Positions 28,872 through 41,061 of a DNA stretch of 64,000 nt are shown here, piece after piece. The position numbers and the translations under genes were made by a program. Every line of letters begins with the position of its first letter. Within the stretch, counting starts at the first letter, position 1. Source of the DNA: an uncultured Trueperaceae bacterium (GTDB lineage Bacteria; Deinococcota; Deinococci; Deinococcales; Trueperaceae); assembly GCA_963727505.1 (NCBI GenBank), contig CAVSGP010000009.1, forward strand, positions 576,001-640,000, written 5' to 3'. A model generated the notes under the pieces. It was not told where the DNA came from. It saw only the letters and a list, made by a program, of their open reading frames with translations, and searched no databases.

Positions 28872-29636
28872 TCAGTCCAGCGGGAGGCCGTAGATGCGGG
28901 TGGCGTTGCGGTCGAGCACGGGCTCGAGCGCGTCCAGTGTCACGCCGCGCGCCTCCGCCACGACCTCCGCGGTGTGGCGCACGTAGGCCGGCGTGTTGCG
29001 CTTGCCTCGCATCGGGACCGGCGCCAGATAGGGGCTGTCGGTCTCGACGAGCAGCCGGTCCTCGGGGACGGCGCGAGCCGCGTCACGGAGCGCTCCGGCA
29101 CTCTTGAAGGTGACGTTGCCGGCGAACGACACCATCCATCCCAGCGCCAGACCCGCTTCCAGGAGGCCTGCGTGGCCGTTGAAGCAGTGCAGGATGCCGC
29201 GCCGGTGACCGGTCTCGCGGATGGCGGCGGCCGCGGCCAACGACGCGTCCTCGCACCCCTGGGCGTCGCGTACGTGCAGGATGAGCGGTTTGTCCAGGCG
29301 CCGGGCGAGCCCGGCCTGCCAGTCGAACGCGCGGCGCTGGCTCTCGAGCGTCTCGTCGTCCCAGTGGGTGTCGAACCCGGTCTCTCCGAGGGCGACCACG
29401 CGTGCGTGCTCGGCCAGCGCCGCCACCGCCTCGCGGACCGCAGGATCGTCGGCGTCCGAGGCGTTGTTCGGGTGGATGCCCACGGCCGCCCACACGTTGG
29501 GGTGGGCGTCTGCCAGCCGAAGGGCTTCGCGGTCGCTGTCGACGGTGGTCCCGACGGTCACGAGGGCCCGCAGGGAGGGGTCGACGGCGCCCTCCGGATC
29601 GTCACAGGCGTCGAGGTGGCAATGGCTGTCGATCAT
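28872..29636 (-). CDS. tatD: TatD-family hydrolase
   Basis: MIDSHCHLD, GIHP, GETG, LHVRDA, LHCF, ETDSPYLAP. Confidence 0.93.
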   Translation of the reverse strand: MIDSHCHLDACDDPEGAVDPSLRALVTVGTTVDSDREALRLADAHPNVWAAVGIHPNNASDADDPAVREAVAALAEHARVVALGETGFDTHWDDETLESQRRAFDWQAGLARRLDKPLILHVRDAQGCEDASLAAAAAIRETGHRRGILHCFNGHAGLLEAGLALGWMVSFAGNVTFKSAGALRDAARAVPEDRLLVETDSPYLAPVPMRGKRNTPAYVRHTAEVVAEARGVTLDALEPVLDRNATRIYGLPLD

Positions 29637-29785
29637 GCCGCCACCATAACGGCGCACCGGCGCGCAGGCGGTGGCGTCGCGCGATCAGGTGTCCGGACCG
29701 CTCTGCGCGCCGTCGGGCGGGAGTTTTGTGAGAATCCTGTAAGAGACCTGTTGCTACAGTCATGCCAACTCGGGGAGACGACCGG

Positions 29786-29986
29786 ATGAGCCGAGAGCGA
29801 GGGGTCAAAGTGGTCCAGACAGCAACGGGAACGAATGGCCAGAGCCTGCGCGCTCTGAGCAACGAAGAGCTCAGCGACATCATCGCGACGTGTGAAGGCG
29901 CCATCGCCGATGGTAGCGCGGAGATCGCGGACTTCGAAGCCTTCGTGCTGTGCCAGAAGGAACTCGCCCGCCGAACCTGGGCGTGA
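29786..29986 (+). CDS. Small hypothetical protein (66 aa)
   Basis: GGGGAG SD, GC3-rich codons, candidate extended -10 TGcTACAGT upstream. Confidence 0.6.
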   Translation: MSRERGVKVVQTATGTNGQSLRALSNEELSDIIATCEGAIADGSAEIADFEAFVLCQKELARRTWA

Positions 29987-30133
29987 GCCGTCGAGGGCGG
30001 CGGGAACCCTTTCACATCGAATGCTCGTGACGCGTGCGTAGCATAGCCTGTGCTACCACGCGTCTTCATCTGGTTGATCGCTGCGGCGTTGGTCGCCCGT
30101 AGCCGGGCGGCTCTCGCCCGGACCCCACGGACC

Positions 30134-30823
30134 ATGCGAGGGGGGCTGCCCCTGGCGGCCCTCGGACTGCTGCTCGGGGCCTGCGCGCCGGCTCTCAGCG
30201 CCGCCCCCGTGGTGTCGGCCCAGGCAGACACTGCGCCTCCGGCGACGCCACCGGCCGCCCACGGCGTGCCCACCGCACCGCAGGTGCCCGACGCGGCGGC
30301 GGACGTGCAGATCGGCAACGCATCCTGGTACGGCCCCAACTTCGCGGGGCGGCTGACCTCCGACGGCGAGATCTTCGATCCGAGCCAGCTGACCGCCGCC
30401 CACCGGACGCTGCCCTTCGGTACGCTGGTCAAGGTCACCAACCTCGTCAACGGGGAGAGCGTCGTCGTGCGGATCAACGACCGGGGGCCGTTCAAGCCCA
30501 ACCGCATCATCGATCTGTCGCGGGGCGCGGCCGAAGCGATCCACATGAAGAGTATGGGCGTCGCCCGGGTCAAGCTGGAGCCGCTGGCGCTACCCAACGG
30601 GGTGGTCCGGATAGGCGTCGACGACCAACTCCAGGGTTACCAGGTCCAGTCGCGATACCACCGCGTCGGCCAGCTGCTGGTCCTGTCACGGCGCAGCGGG
30701 GCCGATGCCGTCGTCGTCCGCGTCGTCGGCAACGATGTGCCGCGCAGCAGCGGGGTCGACGTGCTCGTCAGCCACGACCTCTTCAGCAAGATCGGCGATC
30801 AGGCCAACATCACCGAACGTTGA
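30134..30823 (+). CDS. rlpA: RlpA-family lipoprotein (DPBB lytic transglycosylase)
   Basis: Lipobox LLGAC; ASWYG, TAAHRTLPFGT, RINDRGPF, IIDLS. Confidence 0.9.
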   Translation: MRGGLPLAALGLLLGACAPALSAAPVVSAQADTAPPATPPAAHGVPTAPQVPDAAADVQIGNASWYGPNFAGRLTSDGEIFDPSQLTAAHRTLPFGTLVKVTNLVNGESVVVRINDRGPFKPNRIIDLSRGAAEAIHMKSMGVARVKLEPLALPNGVVRIGVDDQLQGYQVQSRYHRVGQLLVLSRRSGADAVVVRVVGNDVPRSSGVDVLVSHDLFSKIGDQANITER

Positions 30824-30870
30824 CCGCGCATGCGGAGCGGAGGGGCCGCGTTCGACGGCGGCCCCTCCGG

Positions 30871-31685
30871 TCAGCGACGGCAGCCGGCCGCCAACTCGGC
30901 AGCGAGCGCGGCGACGCGGTCCACGCCGCCTTCCGGGTGGCCCGCGTCGGCCTCGTCCTGGATGGCCCGGATGAGGGCCGATCCGACGACGACACCGTCG
31001 GCGAAGGCGGCGACCCGCGCCGCGCTCTCCCGCGAGCCCACCCCGAAACCCACCGCCACCGGCAGGGCGCCGGCGACGCGGGTGCGCTGCACGAGCGACG
31101 CGACCTCGTCGGAGACGGTGTCGCGTGCGCCTGTCACGCCCGTGACCGAGACCGCGTAGACGAAACCGCTGCAGGCGCGCACGACCTTGGCGATGCGGTC
31201 GTCGGTCGAGGTCGGCGCCACCAGGAAGACGGTGTCGAGGCCCATCGAGCGTGCCGCCGGCAGGAGCGCGTCCGCCTCGTCCGGCGGGAGATCGGGGAGG
31301 ATGATGCCGTCGGCTCCCGCCCCCGAGAGAGCTTGCACGAAGCCGGCATCGCCGCCCCGGGGATAGCAGTACACGGGGTTGTAGTAGGTCATCAGCGCGA
31401 GCGCCTTGTCGGTGCGCGCCCGCAGATCACGGACCATGGCCAGCGTGGACGCCGTGTCCACGCCTCGAGCGAGTGCCGTCTCGCTGGCGCGCTGGATGGT
31501 GGGACCGTCCCCCAGCGGGTCGGAGTAGGGCAGACCGATCTCCAGCAGGTCGGCGTGCTCGAGCAAGGCTTCTGCGTAAGCGGGGAAGTGCTCGGGATCG
31601 GGGAAGCCGGCCGTGAGGAAGGCGACGAAGGCCGCGCGGTTCTCGCGCTTCGCGGCGTCGAAAGCGTTCTGGATGCGTCCCATGC

Positions 31686-31689
<4 letters not shown>
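30871..31689 (-). CDS. trpA: Tryptophan synthase alpha chain
   Basis: [39 protein letters not shown]. Confidence 0.96.
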
Positions 31690-32897
<1,208 letters not shown>

Positions 32898-32924
32898 GGT
32901 GCCTCCTCGTGGATACGAAGGAAT

Positions 32925-33026
32925 CTAGGGGGTGGTGGAGCGGGATGCGGGCGAAGGCGGACGCCACCAGTGCTGATGGTGCCACTTGAAAGTGCGAGGG
33001 GTGCGTACCCGCGCGCGCGTCCTCAT
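32925..33026 (-). CDS. Putative trp leader peptide (33 aa)
   Basis: MRTRARVRTPRTFKWHHQHWWRPPSPASRSTTP*, with three Trp codons including a tandem pair. Starts 6 nt after TACACT (33038-33033) and ends 27 nt before trpB. Confidence 0.82.
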   Translation of the reverse strand: MRTRARVRTPRTFKWHHQHWWRPPSPASRSTTP

Positions 33027-33076
33027 GGCGCCAGTGTATGCCCGCGATTCTGTGCTGGCAAGCGTGCCGGCGCGTG

Positions 33077-34060
33077 CTAGGCGTGCTGCAACAGCCAGGT
33101 CTGTTCCTCCGTGCTGAGCCGGCTCGGCGTGCGCGGGATCCGCGCCAGGTCGAAGTCCGCCACCAGCTCGGCTGCCGCGATCTCCTCGAGTCCGTCCGTC
33201 AATCCCAGCCCCCGCGCCAGCACGCCGACGACCCGTTCGGGCCGCACGCCCGCTTCGCGCAGGGCGCGCAGCGTCAGGGAGCCGCGGCGCTTGGCCAGGC
33301 GCTCACCGTGTTCGTCGAGCAGCAGGGGCACGTGCGCGAAGGCGGGCGCTGCGTGACCGAGGGCCCGGTAGAGCAGGAGCTGTGCAGCGGTGGAGGGGAG
33401 GAGATCGTCGCCGCGCACCACCTCGCTCACCGCCATGGCGGCGTCATCGACGACGGTCGCGAGCTGGTACGCCCAGAGGCCGTCGGCGCGCCGTACCACG
33501 ATGTCCCCCACGTCGTGCTCGGCGGCCGCACGCTGCGGGCCGGCCACGACGTCGTCGAAGCCGATCGTTCCGGGGGCGATCCGGAAGCGCAGGCTAGGCA
33601 CCTTGCCTTCGGCGCGTTTTCGCTCGGCCAGGCGAGCGTTGGCCTTGCGCTCGAGCTCGCCGTAGACGGGCGAGCGGCCGTGGGGCGCGCTCGCGACCTG
33701 GTGGAGCTCCCGGCGGGAGAGGTAGCACGGGAAGATGCGTCCCTGACGTTGCAGGACCGCGAGGGCCGCGGCGTAGCGTTCGCCGCGCTCGCTCTGACGG
33801 TAGGGACCGAGGGGCCCACCGATGTCGGGCCCCTCGTCCCAGTCGAGCCCCAGCCAGGTGAGCTCGCGCAGATTGCCGTCCACCGCTTCCGGCACTGTGC
33901 GGTGGGCGTCCAGGTCGTCGACCCGGAGCACGAGCTCGCCGCCCCGCGAGCGCGCCCGCAACCAGGCCAGCAGCGCCGTCCGGGCGTTGCCGAGGTGGAG
34001 CCAGCCGCTGGGCGAGGGCGCGTACCGTCCCCGGTAGGCGCCCTCCGCAGCCGGCGTCAT
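33077..34060 (-). CDS. gluQ: Glutamyl-Q tRNA(Asp) synthetase
   Basis: RYAPSPSGWLHLGN, YQLATVVDD, RGDDL, RLAKR; lacks the anticodon-binding domain. Confidence 0.9.
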   Translation of the reverse strand: MTPAAEGAYRGRYAPSPSGWLHLGNARTALLAWLRARSRGGELVLRVDDLDAHRTVPEAVDGNLRELTWLGLDWDEGPDIGGPLGPYRQSERGERYAAALAVLQRQGRIFPCYLSRRELHQVASAPHGRSPVYGELERKANARLAERKRAEGKVPSLRFRIAPGTIGFDDVVAGPQRAAAEHDVGDIVVRRADGLWAYQLATVVDDAAMAVSEVVRGDDLLPSTAAQLLLYRALGHAAPAFAHVPLLLDEHGERLAKRRGSLTLRALREAGVRPERVVGVLARGLGLTDGLEEIAAAELVADFDLARIPRTPSRLSTEEQTWLLQHA

Positions 34061-34089
34061 CGGAACGTGCGTCGCGGAGACCGGCGGTC

Positions 34090-35024
34090 TCAGGCCTTTC
34101 CGGCCTTGGTCATCGCCTCCAGCATGGCCGCGCCCATATCGCTGGGCGTCTGCGCGACCACCACGCCGGCGGCTTCGAGGGCGGCGATCTTGTCCTTGGC
34201 CGTGCCCTTGCCCCCGGAGATGATGGCACCAGCGTGACCCATGCGCTTGCCCGCGGGCGCGGTGGTCCCAGCGATGAAGGCGGCCACCGGCTTGGTCATG
34301 TTCGCCCGGATCCAGGCCGCGGCCTCCTCCTCGGCCGAGCCCCCGATCTCACCGATCATGATGACCCCCTCGGTGGAGGGATCGTCGTTGTACAGCCGCA
34401 GCACGTCGACGAAGTTGGTCCCGTTCACGGGGTCGCCGCCGATGCCCACGGCGCTGGTCTGGCCCAGACCGTTGTCGGTGAGATGCTTGACCGCCTCGTA
34501 CGTGAGGGTGCCGGAGCGGCTGACCACGCCGATGCGCCCGCCCTGGTGGATGTAGCCGGGCATGATGCCGATCTTGCACTCGTGCGGGGTGATGACACCC
34601 GGGCAGTTCGGTCCCACCAGGCGTGTCGCCGACCCCTCCAGCACGCGGTTCACCCGCACCATGTCCATGATGGGGATGCCCTCGGTGATGGCCACCACCA
34701 GCTCCAGACCGGCGTCAGCGGCTTCCAGGATGGCGTCGGCCGCGAAGGGAGGCGGTACGAACACCACGCTGGCGTTGGCGCCGGTGGCTTCGACCGCCTC
34801 GCGCACGGTGTCGAAGATCGGCACCTCGACGCCGTAACGATCGTCGCGTCCGGGCACGCCGCTGTGGTCGGTCTCGCCCTCGAAGCGCTCGACCTGGCCG
34901 CCACGTCCCGGGTGCACCGCCCCGACCATCTGGGTGCCGTAGGCGATCGCCTTGTCGGTGTGGAAGCGACCGGCGCTGCCGATCCCCTGCACCAGGACCT
35001 TGGTGTTCTTGTCGACGAGGATGC

Positions 35025-35028
<4 letters not shown>
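34090..35028 (-). CDS. sucD: Succinyl-CoA synthetase alpha subunit
   Basis: [37 protein letters not shown]. Confidence 0.96.
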
Positions 35029-36248
<1,220 letters not shown>

Positions 36249-36510
36249 AGGGGACCTCCCACGGTCGGCCTACGACCGTCTGCGTCAAACCGCCCCAGGG
36301 TAACGCTCGGACCTCTCCCGCTCCAAGCTCCGGCCGACCGTCGCCGACAACGACGGTGCCCGGACGAGGGGTGTCGCCGGTCGAGCGCGGAAGCGATGGC
36401 ATCGGCCGGCGGCGGGTTGCGGGGAGCTGCCGCCCTGATCTGCCGTAGCGTCCGGTGCAGTGTGGAACCCTTCAACGCGCGGGCGGTGCTGCAGGCGCTA
36501 GCATGCTCCC

Positions 36511-37011
36511 ATGGTGCGCACCGCCATTCTCACCGTGAGCGACCGTGGCGCGGCCGGCCAGCGGGAGGACACCTCGGTCCAGGAGATCCGCCGCCTGCTG
36601 CAGGGGGGCCCGTTCGTCGAGGTCGACTACCAGGTCTTGCCCGACGAGCAAGCGATGATCCGTGCCAAGCTCAGGCTGTGGTGCGATCAGGACACCGTTG
36701 ATCTGATTCTGACCACCGGGGGTACCGGCCTGGCGCTCCGCGACCGCACTCCCGAAGCCACCCGTGAGGTTATCGAGCGGGAGGTGCCGGGGCTGGCCGA
36801 ACTGATGCGTGCGCATGGCGCGCTGTCGAACGCGCGTGCAGCGCTCTCCCGCGGCCTCGTTGGGATCCGGCGGGGGACGCTGGTGGTGAACCTTCCCGGC
36901 AGCCCGCGTGGCGCGCGAGAGTCCCTCGAAGCCGTGATCGGTGTCCTTCCACACGCCATCGACACCATCCTCGGCGAGCGCCGGAGCGCTCCGGAGTCCT
37001 GGCACAACTGA
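36511..37011 (+). CDS. mog: Molybdopterin adenylyltransferase (Mog/MoaB family)
   Basis: LTVSD, TTGGTG, RDRTPEAT, LSRG, NLPGSP. Confidence 0.88.
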   Translation: MVRTAILTVSDRGAAGQREDTSVQEIRRLLQGGPFVEVDYQVLPDEQAMIRAKLRLWCDQDTVDLILTTGGTGLALRDRTPEATREVIEREVPGLAELMRAHGALSNARAALSRGLVGIRRGTLVVNLPGSPRGARESLEAVIGVLPHAIDTILGERRSAPESWHN

Positions 37012-37057
37012 GCGACGGTCGCGCCCACGCTGGTCGAACGCCATGTAGCATGGCCTG

Positions 37058-37537
37058 GTGACGATCCTGGCGTTGGTGGTCCTGGTGCTCGGGTTGCTGG
37101 TCGGGCTGGTCGGCGTGGTGGCCCCGGTGCTGCCGGGCGTGCCCGTGGCGGCGGCGGGAGCCGTGCTGGCCGCTTGGATCGTGGGCTTCGACCGCTTTGG
37201 GCTCCTGCCACTGGGGTTCATCGTGGGCCTGGCGGTGCTGGCGCAGCTCATCGACCTGGCCGGAAACTGGGTAGGCGCCCGCGTCTACGGTGCTCGCCGC
37301 GCCGGCTTGTGGGGTGGCGTGATCGGTTCCCTGGTGGGGCTGATCTTCTTCCCGCCCTTCGGCTTCCTGCTGGGTGCGTTGGTCGGCGCCGTGCTGTTCG
37401 AGCTGGCTGGCGGCCGCGCGCTGAACGAAGCCCTTCGCGCCGGGGTGGGCGCCTTCGTTGGTGCGCTCGGGGGTACGGTCGCCAAGGTCCTGATCGTGAT
37501 CGCGATGGCGGTCATCGGGATCCCGAGAGTCTTTTGA
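37058..37537 (+). CDS. DUF456-family membrane protein
   Basis: GVVAPVLPG, GARVYGARRAGLWGG, GAVLFEL. Confidence 0.8.
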   Translation: MTILALVVLVLGLLVGLVGVVAPVLPGVPVAAAGAVLAAWIVGFDRFGLLPLGFIVGLAVLAQLIDLAGNWVGARVYGARRAGLWGGVIGSLVGLIFFPPFGFLLGALVGAVLFELAGGRALNEALRAGVGAFVGALGGTVAKVLIVIAMAVIGIPRVF

Positions 37538-37630
37538 GTTCGGCCCCGCGGGGGGCAGCGGCGCGGGTTGGTAAGCTCGCGTCCTGAAGCTTAGGCGGGC
37601 GCTGTTCGCGCTCTTGAGAGGACGACTGTA

Positions 37631-38536
37631 ATGGATCCGATTCTCGTTCACATCGGGCCGCTGGCGATCCGCTGGTACGGCTTCCTGATCGCGCTCGCCG
37701 TCCTGGTCGGGGCGCTGTGGGCGCTCCGCCTGGCCGAGCGTCGCGGGCTCGACCCCGACAAGCTACTCGACGCCGCGGTGTGGCTGGTCCTCGCCGGCAT
37801 CATCGGCGCACGCCTGGTGTACGTGGTGACCAGCCCCTCGGCGTTCTTCGGTCCTGGAGGGCACCCGCTCGACGCCGTCAAGGTATGGCAGGGGGGTATC
37901 AGCATCCACGGCGGCATTCTCGGGGTGCTGGTGGCGATGTGGGTCTACAGCCGCGTGCAGCGCATCAACATGTGGGCCTACATGGACGTGCTGACGCCGC
38001 TGGGCGCGCTCGGCATCATGGGCGGACGCATCGGCAACATCATGAACGGCACCGACACCGGCGGCCGCCTGACGAACCTCGCCATCGGCATCGATTGGCC
38101 CAAGCCAGGAACGCCTTTCCTGGGCGGGTTCGGCCGCTTCCTGTTCGGCAAGGACCTGTGGCAGTACGCGCCGCCCGCCTGCCGCACCGTGCCCGCAGGC
38201 CAGCCCTGCCACATCCATTTCGCGCAGTTCTACGGCTTCGTGGTCGGGTTCATCCTGCTGTTCATCGTCCTCTGGGCGTTGCGGCGGAGCCGCGCGCCGG
38301 GCTACGCCTTCTGGCAGTTCGCCCTGTGGTACTCGGTGCTGCGCAGCGTGCTCGAAGAGCCCTTCCGCGACAACCCCCTGTACTGGAAGGTCTACGACAA
38401 CATGCAGGCGGGGATCGGCTTCTTCACGCTCACGCAGCTCGTCAGCGTCGTCATCGTGGTCGTGGCCATCGCCATGCTCGTACGCATCCGTCAGCGGGAA
38501 CGTCGGGGCCGGCTTGCCGGCGCCGCGGAGCGCTGA
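37631..38536 (+). CDS. lgt: Prolipoprotein diacylglyceryl transferase
   Basis: IGPLAIRWYG, GARLVYV, WQGGISIHGG, GRIGNIMNG. Confidence 0.93.
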   Translation: MDPILVHIGPLAIRWYGFLIALAVLVGALWALRLAERRGLDPDKLLDAAVWLVLAGIIGARLVYVVTSPSAFFGPGGHPLDAVKVWQGGISIHGGILGVLVAMWVYSRVQRINMWAYMDVLTPLGALGIMGGRIGNIMNGTDTGGRLTNLAIGIDWPKPGTPFLGGFGRFLFGKDLWQYAPPACRTVPAGQPCHIHFAQFYGFVVGFILLFIVLWALRRSRAPGYAFWQFALWYSVLRSVLEEPFRDNPLYWKVYDNMQAGIGFFTLTQLVSVVIVVVAIAMLVRIRQRERRGRLAGAAER

Positions 38537-38538
38537 GG

Positions 38539-39519
38539 GTGGGGGAAGCCGGCCTGAGCGTGGTGGTGCTCGCCGCCGGGCAGGGCACACGCATGCGCTC
38601 GTCGCTGCCCAAGGTGCTCCACGAGGCGGCCGGCAAGCCGCTGCTGGAACACGTGCTGAACGCTGCCGGGGCGCTCCGGCCCGCTCGGAAGGTGGTCGTG
38701 GTCGGGCACGGGTCCGAGGCCGTGCGGGCGCGGTTCGCCGACGCCGGCGTCACCTTCGTCGAGCAGGCCGAGCAGCGCGGCACCGGGCACGCGTTGCTGT
38801 GCACGCGCGAGGCGCTCGCCGAAGCGTCGGGACCGCTGCTGGTGCTCTACGGCGACCAGCCCCTGGTCCACCCCGCCACCCTCGAGGGGCTGGTCGAGGA
38901 GCACCGCAGGCACGGTGGGGCAGTCCTGCTGACCTACGAGGTCGCCGACCCGTTCGGACTCGGACGGGTGGTGCGCGCGCCGGACGGCAGCGTGCTGCGA
39001 GTGGTGGAGGAGAAGGACGCCTCGGCGGAGGAGCGGGCGATCCACGAGGTCTACCCGGGCGCCATCGTCTTCGATGAGGCGGCCTTCGATGTCGCCTCCG
39101 GACTGAGCGCCGACAACGCCGCCGGCGAGTACTACCTCACCGACATGGTGGCCCTCTACCGCCGCGGCGGCCGTGGCCTGCACGCGTTCCGAGGCCACGA
39201 CGAGATGCGCGAGCTGATCGGTGTCAACACGCGGGGCGAGCTGGCGCGGGCCGAGGCCCTGCTTCGGCGCCGCGCGCGCGAGCACTGGCTGACGGCGGGC
39301 GTCACCATGCATGCGCCGGAATCGACCTTCGTCGACGACGCGGTGACGCTGGCCCCCGACGTGGTGCTCGAGCCCGGCGTGCTGCTGCGCGGCGCCACCA
39401 GGGTGGGCCGCGGCGCCCGCGTCGGGGCCTACGCCGTGCTGGACGGCTGCACGGTGGCTCCCGGGGCGACCGTGCCGCCGCACACGGTGGCGCGGGGACG
39501 GGCGTTCGAGGCGCCCTGA
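38539..39519 (+). CDS. GlmU-like sugar-phosphate uridylyltransferase with only a short hexapeptide tail
   Basis: VVLAAGQGTRMRSSLPKVLH, EQRGTGHA, YGDQPL, GEYYLTD, GVN. Ends at 326 aa. Confidence 0.82.
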   Translation: MGEAGLSVVVLAAGQGTRMRSSLPKVLHEAAGKPLLEHVLNAAGALRPARKVVVVGHGSEAVRARFADAGVTFVEQAEQRGTGHALLCTREALAEASGPLLVLYGDQPLVHPATLEGLVEEHRRHGGAVLLTYEVADPFGLGRVVRAPDGSVLRVVEEKDASAEERAIHEVYPGAIVFDEAAFDVASGLSADNAAGEYYLTDMVALYRRGGRGLHAFRGHDEMRELIGVNTRGELARAEALLRRRAREHWLTAGVTMHAPESTFVDDAVTLAPDVVLEPGVLLRGATRVGRGARVGAYAVLDGCTVAPGATVPPHTVARGRAFEAP

Positions 39520-39532
39520 GGCGTCGGCGCGC

Positions 39533-41038
39533 TCAGTCTTCGGCGCCGGGGGCCCCGCCGCCGTCGGGCAGGTGGCTGGTGTAGGCCTCGTCATGCGGGC
39601 GCTCGAGGGTCTCGAGCGTGAGGTCGTGCAATCGCAGGCGAGCGCTCTCGGTGTAGAAGCCGACCCGTCCCTCGCCGAAGCGCTCGTCGGCCAGCGTCAG
39701 GAGCACCGCGCCGTCGAGCGAGAACTCCAGGTAGGAGCCGTAGGCGAGCAAGACGAACGGGTGCGGGTCGCCGTGCGCGACGTAGAAGTTCGACTGCAGG
39801 GGGATGTAGTCGAAGGCCTCCTCGACGTCGCCTCCCGGATGCGCCGCCCAGGCACGGAGCTGGGCGATGCCCTTGTGCAGGTCGAGACTGAGATAGTAGC
39901 CGTCCCCGTCGTCGCTCAGACGCAGCACCAGGCCGATCTTGCCGCTGCCGTCCATGTGCATCTCGCCGCGCAACCGGAAGTCGCGGTGCACGCCCGGCAC
40001 CAGGAACGTCTCGAAGCCGCTGTCGCAGCCGAAGCGCGCCACGCCGGACGTCGCCTCGCTGACGGCCGACGCGCGGCCGAACAGCGGTTCCAGCGGGATC
40101 AGCTCGGCCGCCGGGAGCGTGGCGCGCACGCGCGCGTCGAAGCCCGAGAAGCTCGCCAGATAGAGCTCCCCGTCGGGCGCTGCGCGCAGCTCCTTGGGCG
40201 GTGGCAATAGATGCTGACCGTCGGTCACGCGCCCCTTGAAGAAGAAGTTCCACACGAGCCAACGGCCGTCGTCCCGGCATAGGCGCGCGGCGTAGTTGCC
40301 CTGGGGGAGCAGCACGTTGTCCGAGAAGTTGAGGTAGGGCCCCTCGAAGGCATCGGCGTACCAGTAGTGGACCTTCACGTCCTCCCGGATCGAGCCGAGC
40401 AGGTACCAGCGGCCGCCGAGTTGCACCGGCACAGGCACCTCGATGTCGTCGTAGCGGCTGGGATGGAACAGTGGTTGCCGCGGTTCGAAGTGGTCCGGCG
40501 CGGTCTCTTCGAACAGGGCCACCGCCCCCCGCCGGATGACCGGGCCGTGGTCCACCCGCGCGGCCGCCAGCAGGTAGCCGGTGCCGTCGATGCGCGCGTA
40601 GTAGGGGTCGCGGAAGCTGACCCAGTGCCGTCCCTGTTCGAGGGTGTGTTCGTACGGCGCGTCCTCGAGCTCCAGCGGGAAGCTTCCGGACGCGTCCTTC
40701 TCCCAGGTGAAGAGGTCGTCGGAGCGCGCTAGGCCGATGCGTTGCACCCGCCCGCGGTTGCGCATGCTGAGACCGGTGTAGAACATGCGCCAGCCGGCCT
40801 CCCTGCCGGGGTCGGGCGAGATGCTCATGGTCCACAGCATGTCGTCGTCCCAGCCGCCGGGGTGGCTGATGAACAGCGCGTTCTCGACCCGTTCCCAGGA
40901 CAGGCCGTCCTCGGACACCGCGTGCGCGATGTAGTCGTGGTTGGGCAGCACCAGATGGAACAGGTGGTAGAGCCCACCGGTGCGAACGACCTCGACGTCG
41001 CCGATCTCGCTGACGCGGAAGCCGAAGCCGGCGTACAC
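39533..41038 (-). CDS. GH32-like beta-fructofuranosidase / sucrose hydrolase
   Basis: N-terminal GDVEV..YHLFHL..HAVSEDG, FRDP, DIEVP, and a C-terminal beta-sandwich with YLEF. Confidence 0.78.
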   Translation of the reverse strand: MYAGFGFRVSEIGDVEVVRTGGLYHLFHLVLPNHDYIAHAVSEDGLSWERVENALFISHPGGWDDDMLWTMSISPDPGREAGWRMFYTGLSMRNRGRVQRIGLARSDDLFTWEKDASGSFPLELEDAPYEHTLEQGRHWVSFRDPYYARIDGTGYLLAAARVDHGPVIRRGAVALFEETAPDHFEPRQPLFHPSRYDDIEVPVPVQLGGRWYLLGSIREDVKVHYWYADAFEGPYLNFSDNVLLPQGNYAARLCRDDGRWLVWNFFFKGRVTDGQHLLPPPKELRAAPDGELYLASFSGFDARVRATLPAAELIPLEPLFGRASAVSEATSGVARFGCDSGFETFLVPGVHRDFRLRGEMHMDGSGKIGLVLRLSDDGDGYYLSLDLHKGIAQLRAWAAHPGGDVEEAFDYIPLQSNFYVAHGDPHPFVLLAYGSYLEFSLDGAVLLTLADERFGEGRVGFYTESARLRLHDLTLETLERPHDEAYTSHLPDGGGAPGAED

Positions 41039-41061
41039 CCTTCAGCCCCCCTGGCGCAGGC

